This document shows positions 44,645 through 52,558 of a stretch of 64,000 nucleotides of DNA, piece after piece. The DNA lies in contig JARLIG010000008.1 in NCBI GenBank assembly GCA_031291825.1, positions 5,674-69,673 of the forward strand. The letters run 5' to 3'. The notes beneath the pieces were generated by a model. It was given only the letters and a program-made list of their open reading frames with translations. It ran no database searches and was not told the origin of the DNA. The number at the start of each line of letters is the position of its first letter. The first letter of the stretch is position 1. The stretch is from Minisyncoccota bacterium. Its GTDB lineage: Bacteria; Patescibacteriota; Minisyncoccia; Phycocordibacterales; UBA9973. Both the position numbers and the translations under genes were made by a program.

Positions 44645-46234
44645 ATGCAAGAAATTAACACCCAAATATTAATTATTGATTTAGGTTCTCAATACACGGA
44701 AATAATCAGACGCAGTTTGCGTTATTTGGGATTTCGCTCAACCATAATTTCTCCGGAGGAACTTTTAGAGGCTCCAGACGTTGGACGTCTGGAAGCTTCC
44801 AGACGTCCAACGTCTGGAGCGGGAGCCAACTTGAAGAGCATTATTTTATCTGGTGGTAGCGCCAGTGTCTATGATGGAGATGCTCCTAAAATTCCAAAAG
44901 AAATATTAGATTTAGGTATTCCAATTTTGGGCATTTGTTATGGAATGCAATGGTTGGCTTATGTCAACAATCCTGACTCTGTGCATAAAGTTAAAGAGGG
45001 TAAATCATATGGTCCTGTTGAAGTGACTTTAAGCAAAAGCAAACTTTTTGAAAATTTAAGCGAAAAGAATAATGGAAAGATAAATGCATGGTCCAGCCAT
45101 GGAGATTCAGTAAAAAAAGTTCCAGCTGACTTTAGTATTATTGCTACTTCCAAAGACGGTGTAGTGATTGAAGGTATGGAGTGTCAGGCGAAAAATATTT
45201 ATGCTGTGCAGTTTCATCCAGAAGTGGAGCAAACCGAAGATGAAAATATTATTTTAAATAATTTTGCTTCAAAAATTTGTAATTGCATTTTAGATTATGA
45301 CAAAAAAAATATCATAGAAGAAATTAGAACAAATACCAAAAAAATATTAGGTAATGGCACGGCAATTATTGGAGTCTCCGGCGGAGTTGATTCTACGACC
45401 TTGGCTGCTATTTTGGCGCCAGCACTAGGTGAGCAATTGAAAGCATTTGTGATTGATACTGGCGGAATGCGCAAAGATGAAGTTGAGAGGGTAAGAGAAA
45501 TCGCTAAAAAAGCAGGTGTAAACCTGGAAGTAATTGATAGGTATAAAAATAAATTTGTGGAAAGTGTGGGGAAGAGCATTGATGCTGAAGAAAAACGTGC
45601 TCACTTTCGAGCAGTTTACGGGGAAGTATTTCAAGAAGTGGCGAAATCCTATGGTGCAACCCATATGATTCAAGGAACTTTGGCGACTGATTTGATTGAA
45701 TCTGGTGGTGCCGGAAAGTCTGCTTTAATTAAGACACATCACAATGTTGACCTTAAACTTGGATTGAAGGAAATAATACCATTGTCTGATTTTTTCAAAT
45801 TTGAAGTGCGAGAACTAGCACGTGAATTTGGATTGGAAGAATTATTAACTAATCGTCAGCCTTTCCCAGGCCCAGGTTTGTATTTGCGAATTGTTGGAGT
45901 AAAAGTCACAGAAGAATTATTGGAGATTGTTCGAGAGGCAGATTATGAAGTGACACAAATTCTAAAAAAACACAATGTTTATAAGGATATTTCTCAAACT
46001 ATTGTGGCGCTCCTCGGAGTAAATACTGTGGGAGTAAAAGGCGATGGCAGAGTCTATGGATATTCTTTGGTGGTGCGTACCGTGGAGACAATTGATTTTA
46101 TGACAGTCAAGGGATTTTACTTAGAGAAAGTTATCTGTGAAGAAATAACTAGCGCGTTGGTCAAGCATCCAAAAATTGTTCGAGTGTTTTTTGATTGGAC
46201 GACCAAACCTCCAGCAACGACTGAATTTGAATAA
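44645..46234 (+). CDS. guaA: GMP synthase (glutamine-hydrolysing), carrying a 16-aa in-frame palindromic-repeat insertion
   Basis: The track ORF starts at 44609, but a terminator overlaps it, so the ATG at 44645 (MQEINTQILIIDLGSQYTE) is preferred. GATase signature GICYGMQ, ATP-PPase P-loop GVSGGVDSTT, and C-terminal KPPATTEFE are present. Confidence 0.95.
   Translation: MQEINTQILIIDLGSQYTEIIRRSLRYLGFRSTIISPEELLEAPDVGRLEASRRPTSGAGANLKSIILSGGSASVYDGDAPKIPKEILDLGIPILGICYGMQWLAYVNNPDSVHKVKEGKSYGPVEVTLSKSKLFENLSEKNNGKINAWSSHGDSVKKVPADFSIIATSKDGVVIEGMECQAKNIYAVQFHPEVEQTEDENIILNNFASKICNCILDYDKKNIIEEIRTNTKKILGNGTAIIGVSGGVDSTTLAAILAPALGEQLKAFVIDTGGMRKDEVERVREIAKKAGVNLEVIDRYKNKFVESVGKSIDAEEKRAHFRAVYGEVFQEVAKSYGATHMIQGTLATDLIESGGAGKSALIKTHHNVDLKLGLKEIIPLSDFFKFEVRELAREFGLEELLTNRQPFPGPGLYLRIVGVKVTEELLEIVREADYEVTQILKKHNVYKDISQTIVALLGVNTVGVKGDGRVYGYSLVVRTVETIDFMTVKGFYLEKVICEEITSALVKHPKIVRVFFDWTTKPPATTEFE
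44772..44819. repeat. 48-bp perfect palindrome (CCAGACGT family) inserted in-frame inside guaA
   Basis: CTCCAGACGTTGGACGTCTGGAAGCTTCCAGACGTCCAACGTCTGGAG translates as (A)PDVGRLEASRRPTSG. Removing exactly these 48 bp gives a contiguous canonical GATase loop. Confidence 0.85.
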
Positions 46235-46247
46235 TTTTTTTTTAAAA

Positions 46248-46946
46248 ATGATTACAAAAATTTTAAAAGAGATAGAATCAAAGAAAAATAAAAAGAAAGA
46301 CAAAACGCTTTCTAGGTTTTTTAAGACGGGCAAAGGGGAATACGGAGAGGGAGATATTTTTTGGGGTTTAACTGTTCCAGTTTCCCGCCAGATTGCTTTG
46401 AAGCATAAAGATTTGCCGTTGTCAGATGTAAATTTATTGTTAAAAAACAAAGTTCACGAAGTGCGTTTGATTGGCTTACTTGTATTAGTGGATAAATATA
46501 AACGTTCGTCATTTTCTGAAAAAGAAAAAATAGCTAAATTTTACTTAAAAAATACTAAATATGTGAACAATTGGGATTTAGTTGATTTATCCTCACATTA
46601 TATTTTGGGTGATTATTTATTAAGTCAGCCTAAAAAAGATATTTTGGTTCAATTAGCAAAATCAAAAAATTTATGGGAACAAAGAATTGCTATTGTCTCC
46701 ACCTATGCATTTATTAGGCGCGAGAAGTTAGATGAAACTTTTAAAATTGCGAAGATGTTTTTAGGACATGACCATGATCTGATTCACAAGGCGACTGGTT
46801 GGATGCTTCGTGAGGCGGGTAAGAAAGATGAAAAAGCCTTGCGTAAATTTTTAGACGCCAATCTTTCTAAGATGCCTCGTACGATGCTTCGTTATGCAAT
46901 AGAAAAATTCGGAGAGGATATTCGGATGGAATATTTAAAGAAATAA
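46248..46946 (+). CDS. DNA alkylation repair protein (AlkD-like HEAT-repeat glycosylase family)
   Basis: FFKTGKGEYGEGDIFWGLTVPVSRQIA...NNWDLVDLSSHYILGDYL...NLWEQRIAIVSTYAFIRR...HDLIHKATGWMLREAGKKDE...MPRTMLRYAIEKF closely matches the DNA_alkylation family. The track ORF starts at 46176, inside guaA. Confidence 0.85.
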   Translation: MITKILKEIESKKNKKKDKTLSRFFKTGKGEYGEGDIFWGLTVPVSRQIALKHKDLPLSDVNLLLKNKVHEVRLIGLLVLVDKYKRSSFSEKEKIAKFYLKNTKYVNNWDLVDLSSHYILGDYLLSQPKKDILVQLAKSKNLWEQRIAIVSTYAFIRREKLDETFKIAKMFLGHDHDLIHKATGWMLREAGKKDEKALRKFLDANLSKMPRTMLRYAIEKFGEDIRMEYLKK

Positions 46947-46971
46947 ATTTTTGTGATATACTGGTTTTATT

Positions 46972-47217
46972 ATGGCAGATAAAGCAATCAAAGATGATAT
47001 TAAAGACCAAACGACTAGTTATGTGACAGCAGCGCTTGGATTAGTGGCTGGTTTGGCTTGGAATGACGCAATTAAGTCTTTAATTGAGGCTGTTTTTCCG
47101 TTTGCGGCGACTGGTATTTTTGCGAAATTTCTATACGCAATCATTATAACCTTAGTAGTTGTTTTTATCAGTAGGTCAATATTACGCACATCTTCTTCAG
47201 CTACAATGAAGAAGTAG
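46972..47217 (+). CDS. Small two-TM membrane protein
   Basis: 81 aa. Hydrophobic segments GLVAGLAW and FLYAIIITLVVVFI. Confidence 0.4.
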   Translation: MADKAIKDDIKDQTTSYVTAALGLVAGLAWNDAIKSLIEAVFPFAATGIFAKFLYAIIITLVVVFISRSILRTSSSATMKK

Positions 47218-47228
47218 AAATTAATTTT

Positions 47229-48896
47229 TTAAAAAATTCTCCTCAAGAGACTCATGAACCAGTTTTTGTGTATAGGTTCTATTTGAGTTATGGTAACCGG
47301 AAACACAGTTGCATTTATTGCACTGGCTATGTTTTGTACTGCTGGATTTTCTGACTTTACAATTGTTGCAACTTCCTTTTTTGGAATATTTTTAATAACT
47401 GATACAGTGTTTGTATTTTCTCCATTAATGATAGGTGGAGTCGTTTCACCTACAGATGTAATATTCATCGCAACATTTTGTTTTTCAAAAGTTTGCATTG
47501 CTTGGTTCCAAGTTTTTCCAGATAACGCAGAATTGACATAAGCAGTTTCCCAAATTTTAGTTTGAAGGTCTGCGTCTTTCACTCCACCATCAATATCTTG
47601 AATAGTGGCTAAGTAATCAAGTGGAGTTTTTGGAGCAGTGCCGTCTGTGGGTTTGGTTAACCAATCTGCTGGTTTTTCATTTTGCGCCAAAATTCCTTCT
47701 ATGGCCCAAGCGGTTGAAGAAGCATTGTCATTCCAACTGCCATCCGCCCTCTCACTTTGTTCTAAGAAATTTTCTGCATTTGCCAGAGCGTCTTTTACTT
47801 GTCCGACTTGATTGAAAGCAGATAGAGCCTCCATCGCCGCGCCAGTCATATCTACACTATCGCTATCCCAAGAGCCATCACTACCTTGTTTGCTTAATAT
47901 AAAATTTATATCACTACTTATAATTGGGTCACTCTGCGTGTATCCAGCATTTTGTAAAACGATTAGAGCAAAAATATCATCATTGTCTTCGTTTGGGTCG
48001 CCGAATTGTTTTCCGTCAAAACTCGTAACTATTTTTCCAATATAATTTTCTCCATTCGTGTCGTAAGGATTGAGTCCAAGAGCCATCAACGCCATCGCGC
48101 GTCTTTCATAGTCGGTTAAGATTGGGTTTTCCATTGTCTCTCCATCAAGATATTTTGTTAACTTTATTGTTTGTGATTCATAATTTCCTGAAGCAAGAGC
48201 TATAGCTGCCCAGTCAGTGTATAAATCTCCGTCAAAAGAACCGTCAGTTCCTTGTTGGGCAGTTAGAAAATCAAAAGCTTTTCCCGTATCAAAAGTCGGG
48301 GTAGTTGTTACTATTGGCGTAGGTATAGATGCGATTGTTGCTACTGTGGAAGGCGCTGCTGGTGTGGTTGTAGATGTATTTGAAGGAGTATTGTCGTTCA
48401 ATTGTCCGCCTCCAGAACCAACTGGAGCGGGTGGAATTAACGAATTAATATTAATTGTAACTTGGTCTCCTAAACTATTATTATTAAAATCATCAAGCTG
48501 GAACATGATCGTGTCTCCAGCAGAGATTGGTAACTCAGTTGCTCCAAAATTAGCTGAAGTGCCGTTTTGATAAATTGCCCAATATTGGCTACTGGGGTCA
48601 GCAGCCACATTATTAATTGCAGTAATAAAAAGGCCATACTGAGGATCATTTGAAAATTGTGGATTAGATATAGCACCATTATTTTCTGCTGCCTCTAGTG
48701 CACAAATGGCAAGATATGAGTTTGTAAAACCCGCTTGTGGATAATTGTGAACTACTCCGTTCGTGTCGGTGACAGAGCAACTAGATGGTACATCTACTGA
48801 GGTTGTAATATTTAACCCTGCTGCATGAACAGTATTAAAAAAACCAAAAATAACGAAACTTGCTAAAACTATAAATATACTTATTTTATTTTTCAT
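47229..48896 (-). CDS. Secreted protein with an N-terminal DUF4430 beta-domain and a prenyltransferase/squalene-cyclase-like alpha/alpha-toroid repeat domain (transcobalamin-like domain set)
   Basis: Signal peptide. DUF4430-like GLFITAINNVAADPSSQYWAIYQNGTSANFGATELPISAGDTIMFQL. An SGGGQL motif. Repeated Q..DGS(W/F) segments (GTDGSFDGDLYTDWAAIAL, QGSDGSWDSDSVDMTGAAMEAL, RADGSWNDNASSTAWAIEGIL) are typical of alpha-alpha toroid prenyltransferase/terpene-cyclase repeats. Confidence 0.75.
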   Translation of the reverse strand: MKNKISIFIVLASFVIFGFFNTVHAAGLNITTSVDVPSSCSVTDTNGVVHNYPQAGFTNSYLAICALEAAENNGAISNPQFSNDPQYGLFITAINNVAADPSSQYWAIYQNGTSANFGATELPISAGDTIMFQLDDFNNNSLGDQVTININSLIPPAPVGSGGGQLNDNTPSNTSTTTPAAPSTVATIASIPTPIVTTTPTFDTGKAFDFLTAQQGTDGSFDGDLYTDWAAIALASGNYESQTIKLTKYLDGETMENPILTDYERRAMALMALGLNPYDTNGENYIGKIVTSFDGKQFGDPNEDNDDIFALIVLQNAGYTQSDPIISSDINFILSKQGSDGSWDSDSVDMTGAAMEALSAFNQVGQVKDALANAENFLEQSERADGSWNDNASSTAWAIEGILAQNEKPADWLTKPTDGTAPKTPLDYLATIQDIDGGVKDADLQTKIWETAYVNSALSGKTWNQAMQTFEKQNVAMNITSVGETTPPIINGENTNTVSVIKNIPKKEVATIVKSENPAVQNIASAINATVFPVTITQIEPIHKNWFMSLLRRIF

Positions 48897-48910
48897 GATT
48901 TAAAAACTAA

Positions 48911-49378
48911 TTAATAATCTGACTTCTCATATTTCCAAGAGACGACATCTCCAGGGTTTATCTTATAATTTGAAATACCAATTTGTGCTTCTATACCGTT
49001 CACATAGTAAATCCAAACCAAGCTATTACTATTTTTTATTCCGTTTATTTCATTTATAAATTTACCCATACTCATATAATTTTGTTCGGTGAAATTTATT
49101 TTTCCTTCACTTCGGAGCTGGCTCATAAAATCATAGACACTCATTTTCTGTGTAATGGCATCTTCATAGCTGACTCCGTTTATTTCTAAAACAGTTTCAA
49201 TTGTTTTGGTCTGGCTGACAGGTTTATTTGCTGTGGTATTTAGATTTAAATTTTCTGAAATGGCAGGAAGGTTAGTCGTCTGTTGTTTTGGAGCTCCGTG
49301 TGGAATAAAGAAAAATAATCCTAATAATATTAAAACTATGATGACCACTATAATTATTTTTATTTTTTTATTTTTCAT
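48911..49378 (-). CDS. Membrane-anchored DUF4430 domain protein
   Basis: TM anchor, then VYDFMSQLRSEGKINFT...MGKFINEINGI...LVWIYYVNGIEAQIGISNYKINPGDVVSWKYE matches the DUF4430 consensus (YW.Y.VNG....G.S.Y.L..GD.I.W.Y). Confidence 0.7.
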   Translation of the reverse strand: MKNKKIKIIIVVIIVLILLGLFFFIPHGAPKQQTTNLPAISENLNLNTTANKPVSQTKTIETVLEINGVSYEDAITQKMSVYDFMSQLRSEGKINFTEQNYMSMGKFINEINGIKNSNSLVWIYYVNGIEAQIGISNYKINPGDVVSWKYEKSDY

Positions 49379-49394
49379 AAATTAAGCACAAAAA

Positions 49395-49590
49395 AAATCC
49401 TGCCAGATAGAATCCAGAGCAGAATTTGGGGTCCTTCAAATAAAGAGATAAATGAAGGCAAAGAGACTTTTGTCCTGCTCGGGAATACATGAAACGATTG
49501 GTATTCGGACTTGTCTTCGACCTAGGTCGAAGCTTACCGTAGCGGCACTGTACTGGAATCAAACCAGTTTCCCCAATAGTTTCTTTTCGT
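49395..49590 (-). ncRNA. Candidate cobalamin riboswitch in the leader of the DUF4430 operon
   Basis: The minus strand reads UAUUGGGGAAACUGGUUUGAUUCCAGUACAGUGCCGCUACGGUAAGC...(hairpin)...GAAGACAAGUCCGAAUACCAAUCG. This matches the B12-element core GGGAA-n3-GGUG-nAAnUCC...CnG-nCCCGCCACUGU and the 3' AAGUCAGGAUACC block. An expression-platform hairpin and U8 tract lie at about 49391-49420. Confidence 0.4.
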
Positions 49591-49632
49591 TTTCAAATGA
49601 ACTCACTCTAGTATATACTTACCCTATATCTT

Positions 49633-50070
49633 ATGTCAAAGAAAAGTGTGGAAACAAAAAAAAAGAAAATTATGGTCTTTGGAACTTTCGACGGTCTACA
49701 TAAAGGTCATGTTGATTTTTTTAAACAGGCTAAAAACTTCATAAAAAATTCATTTTTAATTGTTTCAATAGCTAGAGATAAAAATGTTTTAAAAATAAAA
49801 GGGGAGTATCCAAGTTTAAAAGAGGGAGAACGGGTCGCCTTAGTTGAAAGTTGTAAACTAGCTGATAAAGTTATTTTGTCTGGTACAAAAAACCATATTC
49901 CACATATTGTGAAAATCCGTCCAGATATTATTGCTCTAGGTTACGACCAAAAAGCCTATGTGAAAGATTTAAAAAAAGATTTAAAAAACAAGGGTGTTTT
50001 AGTTAAAATCATACGTCTTAAACCTTACAAGGAACATGTTTATAAGAATCACTTGCTAAAAATTAAGTGA
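49633..50070 (+). CDS. Cytidylyltransferase-superfamily protein, closest to archaeal-type FAD synthase RibL (FMN adenylyltransferase)
   Basis: (H/T)xGH motif GTFDGLHKGH. LIVSIARD...LKGE.P...ERV..V...K.ADKVILG...IRPDIIALGYDQ parallels RibL. The start may be the ATG at 49672 (MVFGTFDG). Confidence 0.6.
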   Translation: MSKKSVETKKKKIMVFGTFDGLHKGHVDFFKQAKNFIKNSFLIVSIARDKNVLKIKGEYPSLKEGERVALVESCKLADKVILSGTKNHIPHIVKIRPDIIALGYDQKAYVKDLKKDLKNKGVLVKIIRLKPYKEHVYKNHLLKIK

Positions 50071-50086
50071 TAAATATAATAATTAT

Positions 50087-51391
50087 ATGCAAGAAATAGA
50101 TATCATAAAATTCATCAAAAAACATTTTGCTCACACAGATTTTCTAAAGGTTTTTCTTTTTAGTTTTTTCTTCTTTCTGGTTTTCGTGTTAGTTGGGGCG
50201 GGTGTATTGTGGCATTACAGAGCCAAGGTATTTGGATTTTTAGGTAAAGAATATATGCAAGAAATTCAAAATGAAAATGCTTCCAGTGTAGGAAGTCCGA
50301 CCACTCCAGCTTTTTCACAAGATTCTTTTGTGATTGGCGCAGTAAAAAAGACTAATCCAGCCGTAGTGTCAGTGATTATTTCTGAAAATGTTCCAAAGTA
50401 TGATGAATATACTGATCCGAATCAACAAACCAATCCATTTGGAGATCTATTCCCTGGTTTTAGTTTTAACGTACCAGAATATAAACAGGATGGAACACAA
50501 AATGAAGAAGTTGGAGGTGGTTCAGGATTCTTGATTTCCAGCGATGGTTTGATTGTTACTAATAAGCATGTTGTTGACCAGACTGGAGCTACTTATACTG
50601 TTTTCACCAATGATGGAAAAAAGTATGCTGCTAAAATTGTTGCAAAAGATCCAGTACTGGATATTGCTTTGATTAAAATCACACCGCCGATTGGCGTGAG
50701 GTTTCCTTATTTGACGCTCGGTAATTCGGATAGTTTGCAGTTAGGGCAGAGTGTTATTGCTATTGGTAATGCACTCGGAGAATATAAAAATTCTGTTTCC
50801 GTTGGCGTCGTATCTGGACTATCAAGGTCTATTACGGCTGGAGATGAATCATCTGGAACTTCTGAAGTTTTAGATCACGTTATTCAGACAGACGCAGCAA
50901 TTAATCCTGGAAATTCTGGCGGTCCGTTGCTGGACTTATCTGGAGAAGTTATCGGGGTAAACGTTGCTGTGGCAGAAGGTTCACAGAGCGTTGGCTTTGC
51001 TTTGCCGATTAATAGTGTAAAGAGCGCGATTCTTTCAGTGGAAAATACTGGTAAAATCATTCGTCCATATTTAGGTGTTCGTTATGTGCAAATAGATGCA
51101 GCGATGCAACAAGCCAATAATCTTTCTGTTGCTTATGGGGCTTTGATAAAGGCTGGGGATAATGCAGACGAGTTGGCAGTAATTCCTGGTTCTCCGGCAG
51201 ATAAAGCTGGTCTCGTAGAAAACGACATCATTTTAGATGTTAACGGTGTAAAGCTAGACGACACCAACAGTCTTTCTGATGTTATTCGTGGTGACACCGT
51301 TGGACAAGTAATTACTTTGACTATCTTACACAAAGGAGTTCAAAAAACAGTCTCAGTGACTCTAGAAGCTGCACCAGATACTACTTCATAA
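50087..51391 (+). CDS. htrA: HtrA/DegP-family serine protease with a C-terminal PDZ domain
   Basis: Catalytic triad context TNKHVV, D(IALIKI) and GNSGGPLLD. PDZ motif GLVENDIILDVNGVKL. N-terminal TM. Confidence 0.9.
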   Translation: MQEIDIIKFIKKHFAHTDFLKVFLFSFFFFLVFVLVGAGVLWHYRAKVFGFLGKEYMQEIQNENASSVGSPTTPAFSQDSFVIGAVKKTNPAVVSVIISENVPKYDEYTDPNQQTNPFGDLFPGFSFNVPEYKQDGTQNEEVGGGSGFLISSDGLIVTNKHVVDQTGATYTVFTNDGKKYAAKIVAKDPVLDIALIKITPPIGVRFPYLTLGNSDSLQLGQSVIAIGNALGEYKNSVSVGVVSGLSRSITAGDESSGTSEVLDHVIQTDAAINPGNSGGPLLDLSGEVIGVNVAVAEGSQSVGFALPINSVKSAILSVENTGKIIRPYLGVRYVQIDAAMQQANNLSVAYGALIKAGDNADELAVIPGSPADKAGLVENDIILDVNGVKLDDTNSLSDVIRGDTVGQVITLTILHKGVQKTVSVTLEAAPDTTS

Positions 51392-51394
51392 TGT

Positions 51395-52558
51395 TTAAAT
51401 ATCAGCCTTGCGAATAGTTGAGGCGAGGTAAACTCCAAAAAGCATCATCAACCCCAAGACGGGGAAGATGAAATTAAATTTCGGTAGAAAAATAAAAACC
51501 ATTAAGGCCACAATCGGTCCAGTAATGTAAGCCAAAGGACTTGTGCTACGGTAAATTCCGACAAATTCTTCATTTTCTGGTTTGATGTGTTTAAAAAAAT
51601 ACGAGTCACTCATGACTTCGACAGTTGCGGCGCCGACTCGAGTCAAGAAAAGCAATGCTGCCCATATCCAAATCTCTGGTTTTTGAATAAAGAACAGAGA
51701 AATGGTTGAAATAGAAATAATAAAAAATCCAACCATCAACATTTTTCTTTCACCGACCTTATCTGAATATCTTCCCATTGAAGACTCAATCAACACAAAA
51801 GGTAAGAGCATTATGGTAAAAATTATAGCAATATCTTTCCAAGTGAAACCTAAATAAGAATATAGATATATAGGTGTATAAATAATCATCCAGCAATAGA
51901 AGAACTGCAGAAGAAAATCTATACTATATGAACGTAAAAGATTTTTATTTTTTATAAAATCCTTAACATAACTTAAGATTTTTAATCTGTCGTATTTTGG
52001 GTCTGGAATATTTTTGAGTCCAAATAAAGATAATAGGAAAAATAATATCATTATAAAAAAAGCAATGATATAAATTGTTTTCAAGGGAAAATTTCCAAAA
52101 ACTGTTCCGGATAATAATTGTGCCACGACCCAAGCAAAATTACTTAAAGCAAGATAGATACCTCTAATTCTTCCAGTTGCTGATTCCTTAGAAAATATCT
52201 TTAATAATTCATCCAACGAAAAGAAAACTACGATATTTAAGGCAAAGCCAAGAACAAAAGAACATACAGCAGAAAAAGCATTAGTAGATAATGCCAACCA
52301 CAGTATCGATAGAGTATTAAGTCCAATTACTAACAATAAAAATCTATGCCCTCCAATTTTTCTAAAAACCCTTGGAGCAAACAAAAGCATCAAGATAGAA
52401 ACGAGTGAACCTAAGGTATAAACTAATCCAACAAATCTCTCACCGATAAACGGTGAGAGAAAACTGGAGTTTATATAAGACATCAACGCTATTGGAATTG
52501 ATGCCAAGAAACCCGCAAAGTATATAATTATTCTGTCACGCTTCATATTTTTAAACAC
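51395..52558 (-). CDS. MFS-type transporter
   Basis: 387 aa and 12 TMs. Confidence 0.65.
   Translation of the reverse strand: MFKNMKRDRIIIYFAGFLASIPIALMSYINSSFLSPFIGERFVGLVYTLGSLVSILMLLFAPRVFRKIGGHRFLLLVIGLNTLSILWLALSTNAFSAVCSFVLGFALNIVVFFSLDELLKIFSKESATGRIRGIYLALSNFAWVVAQLLSGTVFGNFPLKTIYIIAFFIMILFFLLSLFGLKNIPDPKYDRLKILSYVKDFIKNKNLLRSYSIDFLLQFFYCWMIIYTPIYLYSYLGFTWKDIAIIFTIMLLPFVLIESSMGRYSDKVGERKMLMVGFFIISISTISLFFIQKPEIWIWAALLFLTRVGAATVEVMSDSYFFKHIKPENEEFVGIYRSTSPLAYITGPIVALMVFIFLPKFNFIFPVLGLMMLFGVYLASTIRKADI

Noticed and set aside
49380-49632. FMN riboswitch, tmRNA, RNase P RNA or SRP RNA in the 255-bp gap upstream of the RibL-like gene
   Set aside because: No GGGGCAGGGUGAAAUUCCC or CCGACAGUAUAGUC blocks (FMN riboswitch). 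No tRNA-like 3' end (tmRNA). No GGAAAGUCCGGGCUCC/ACAGAACCCGGCUUA blocks (RNase P RNA). No GUCAGGUCCGGAAGGAAGCAGC (SRP RNA). The minus-strand cobalamin-element matches were better, so those are reported instead.
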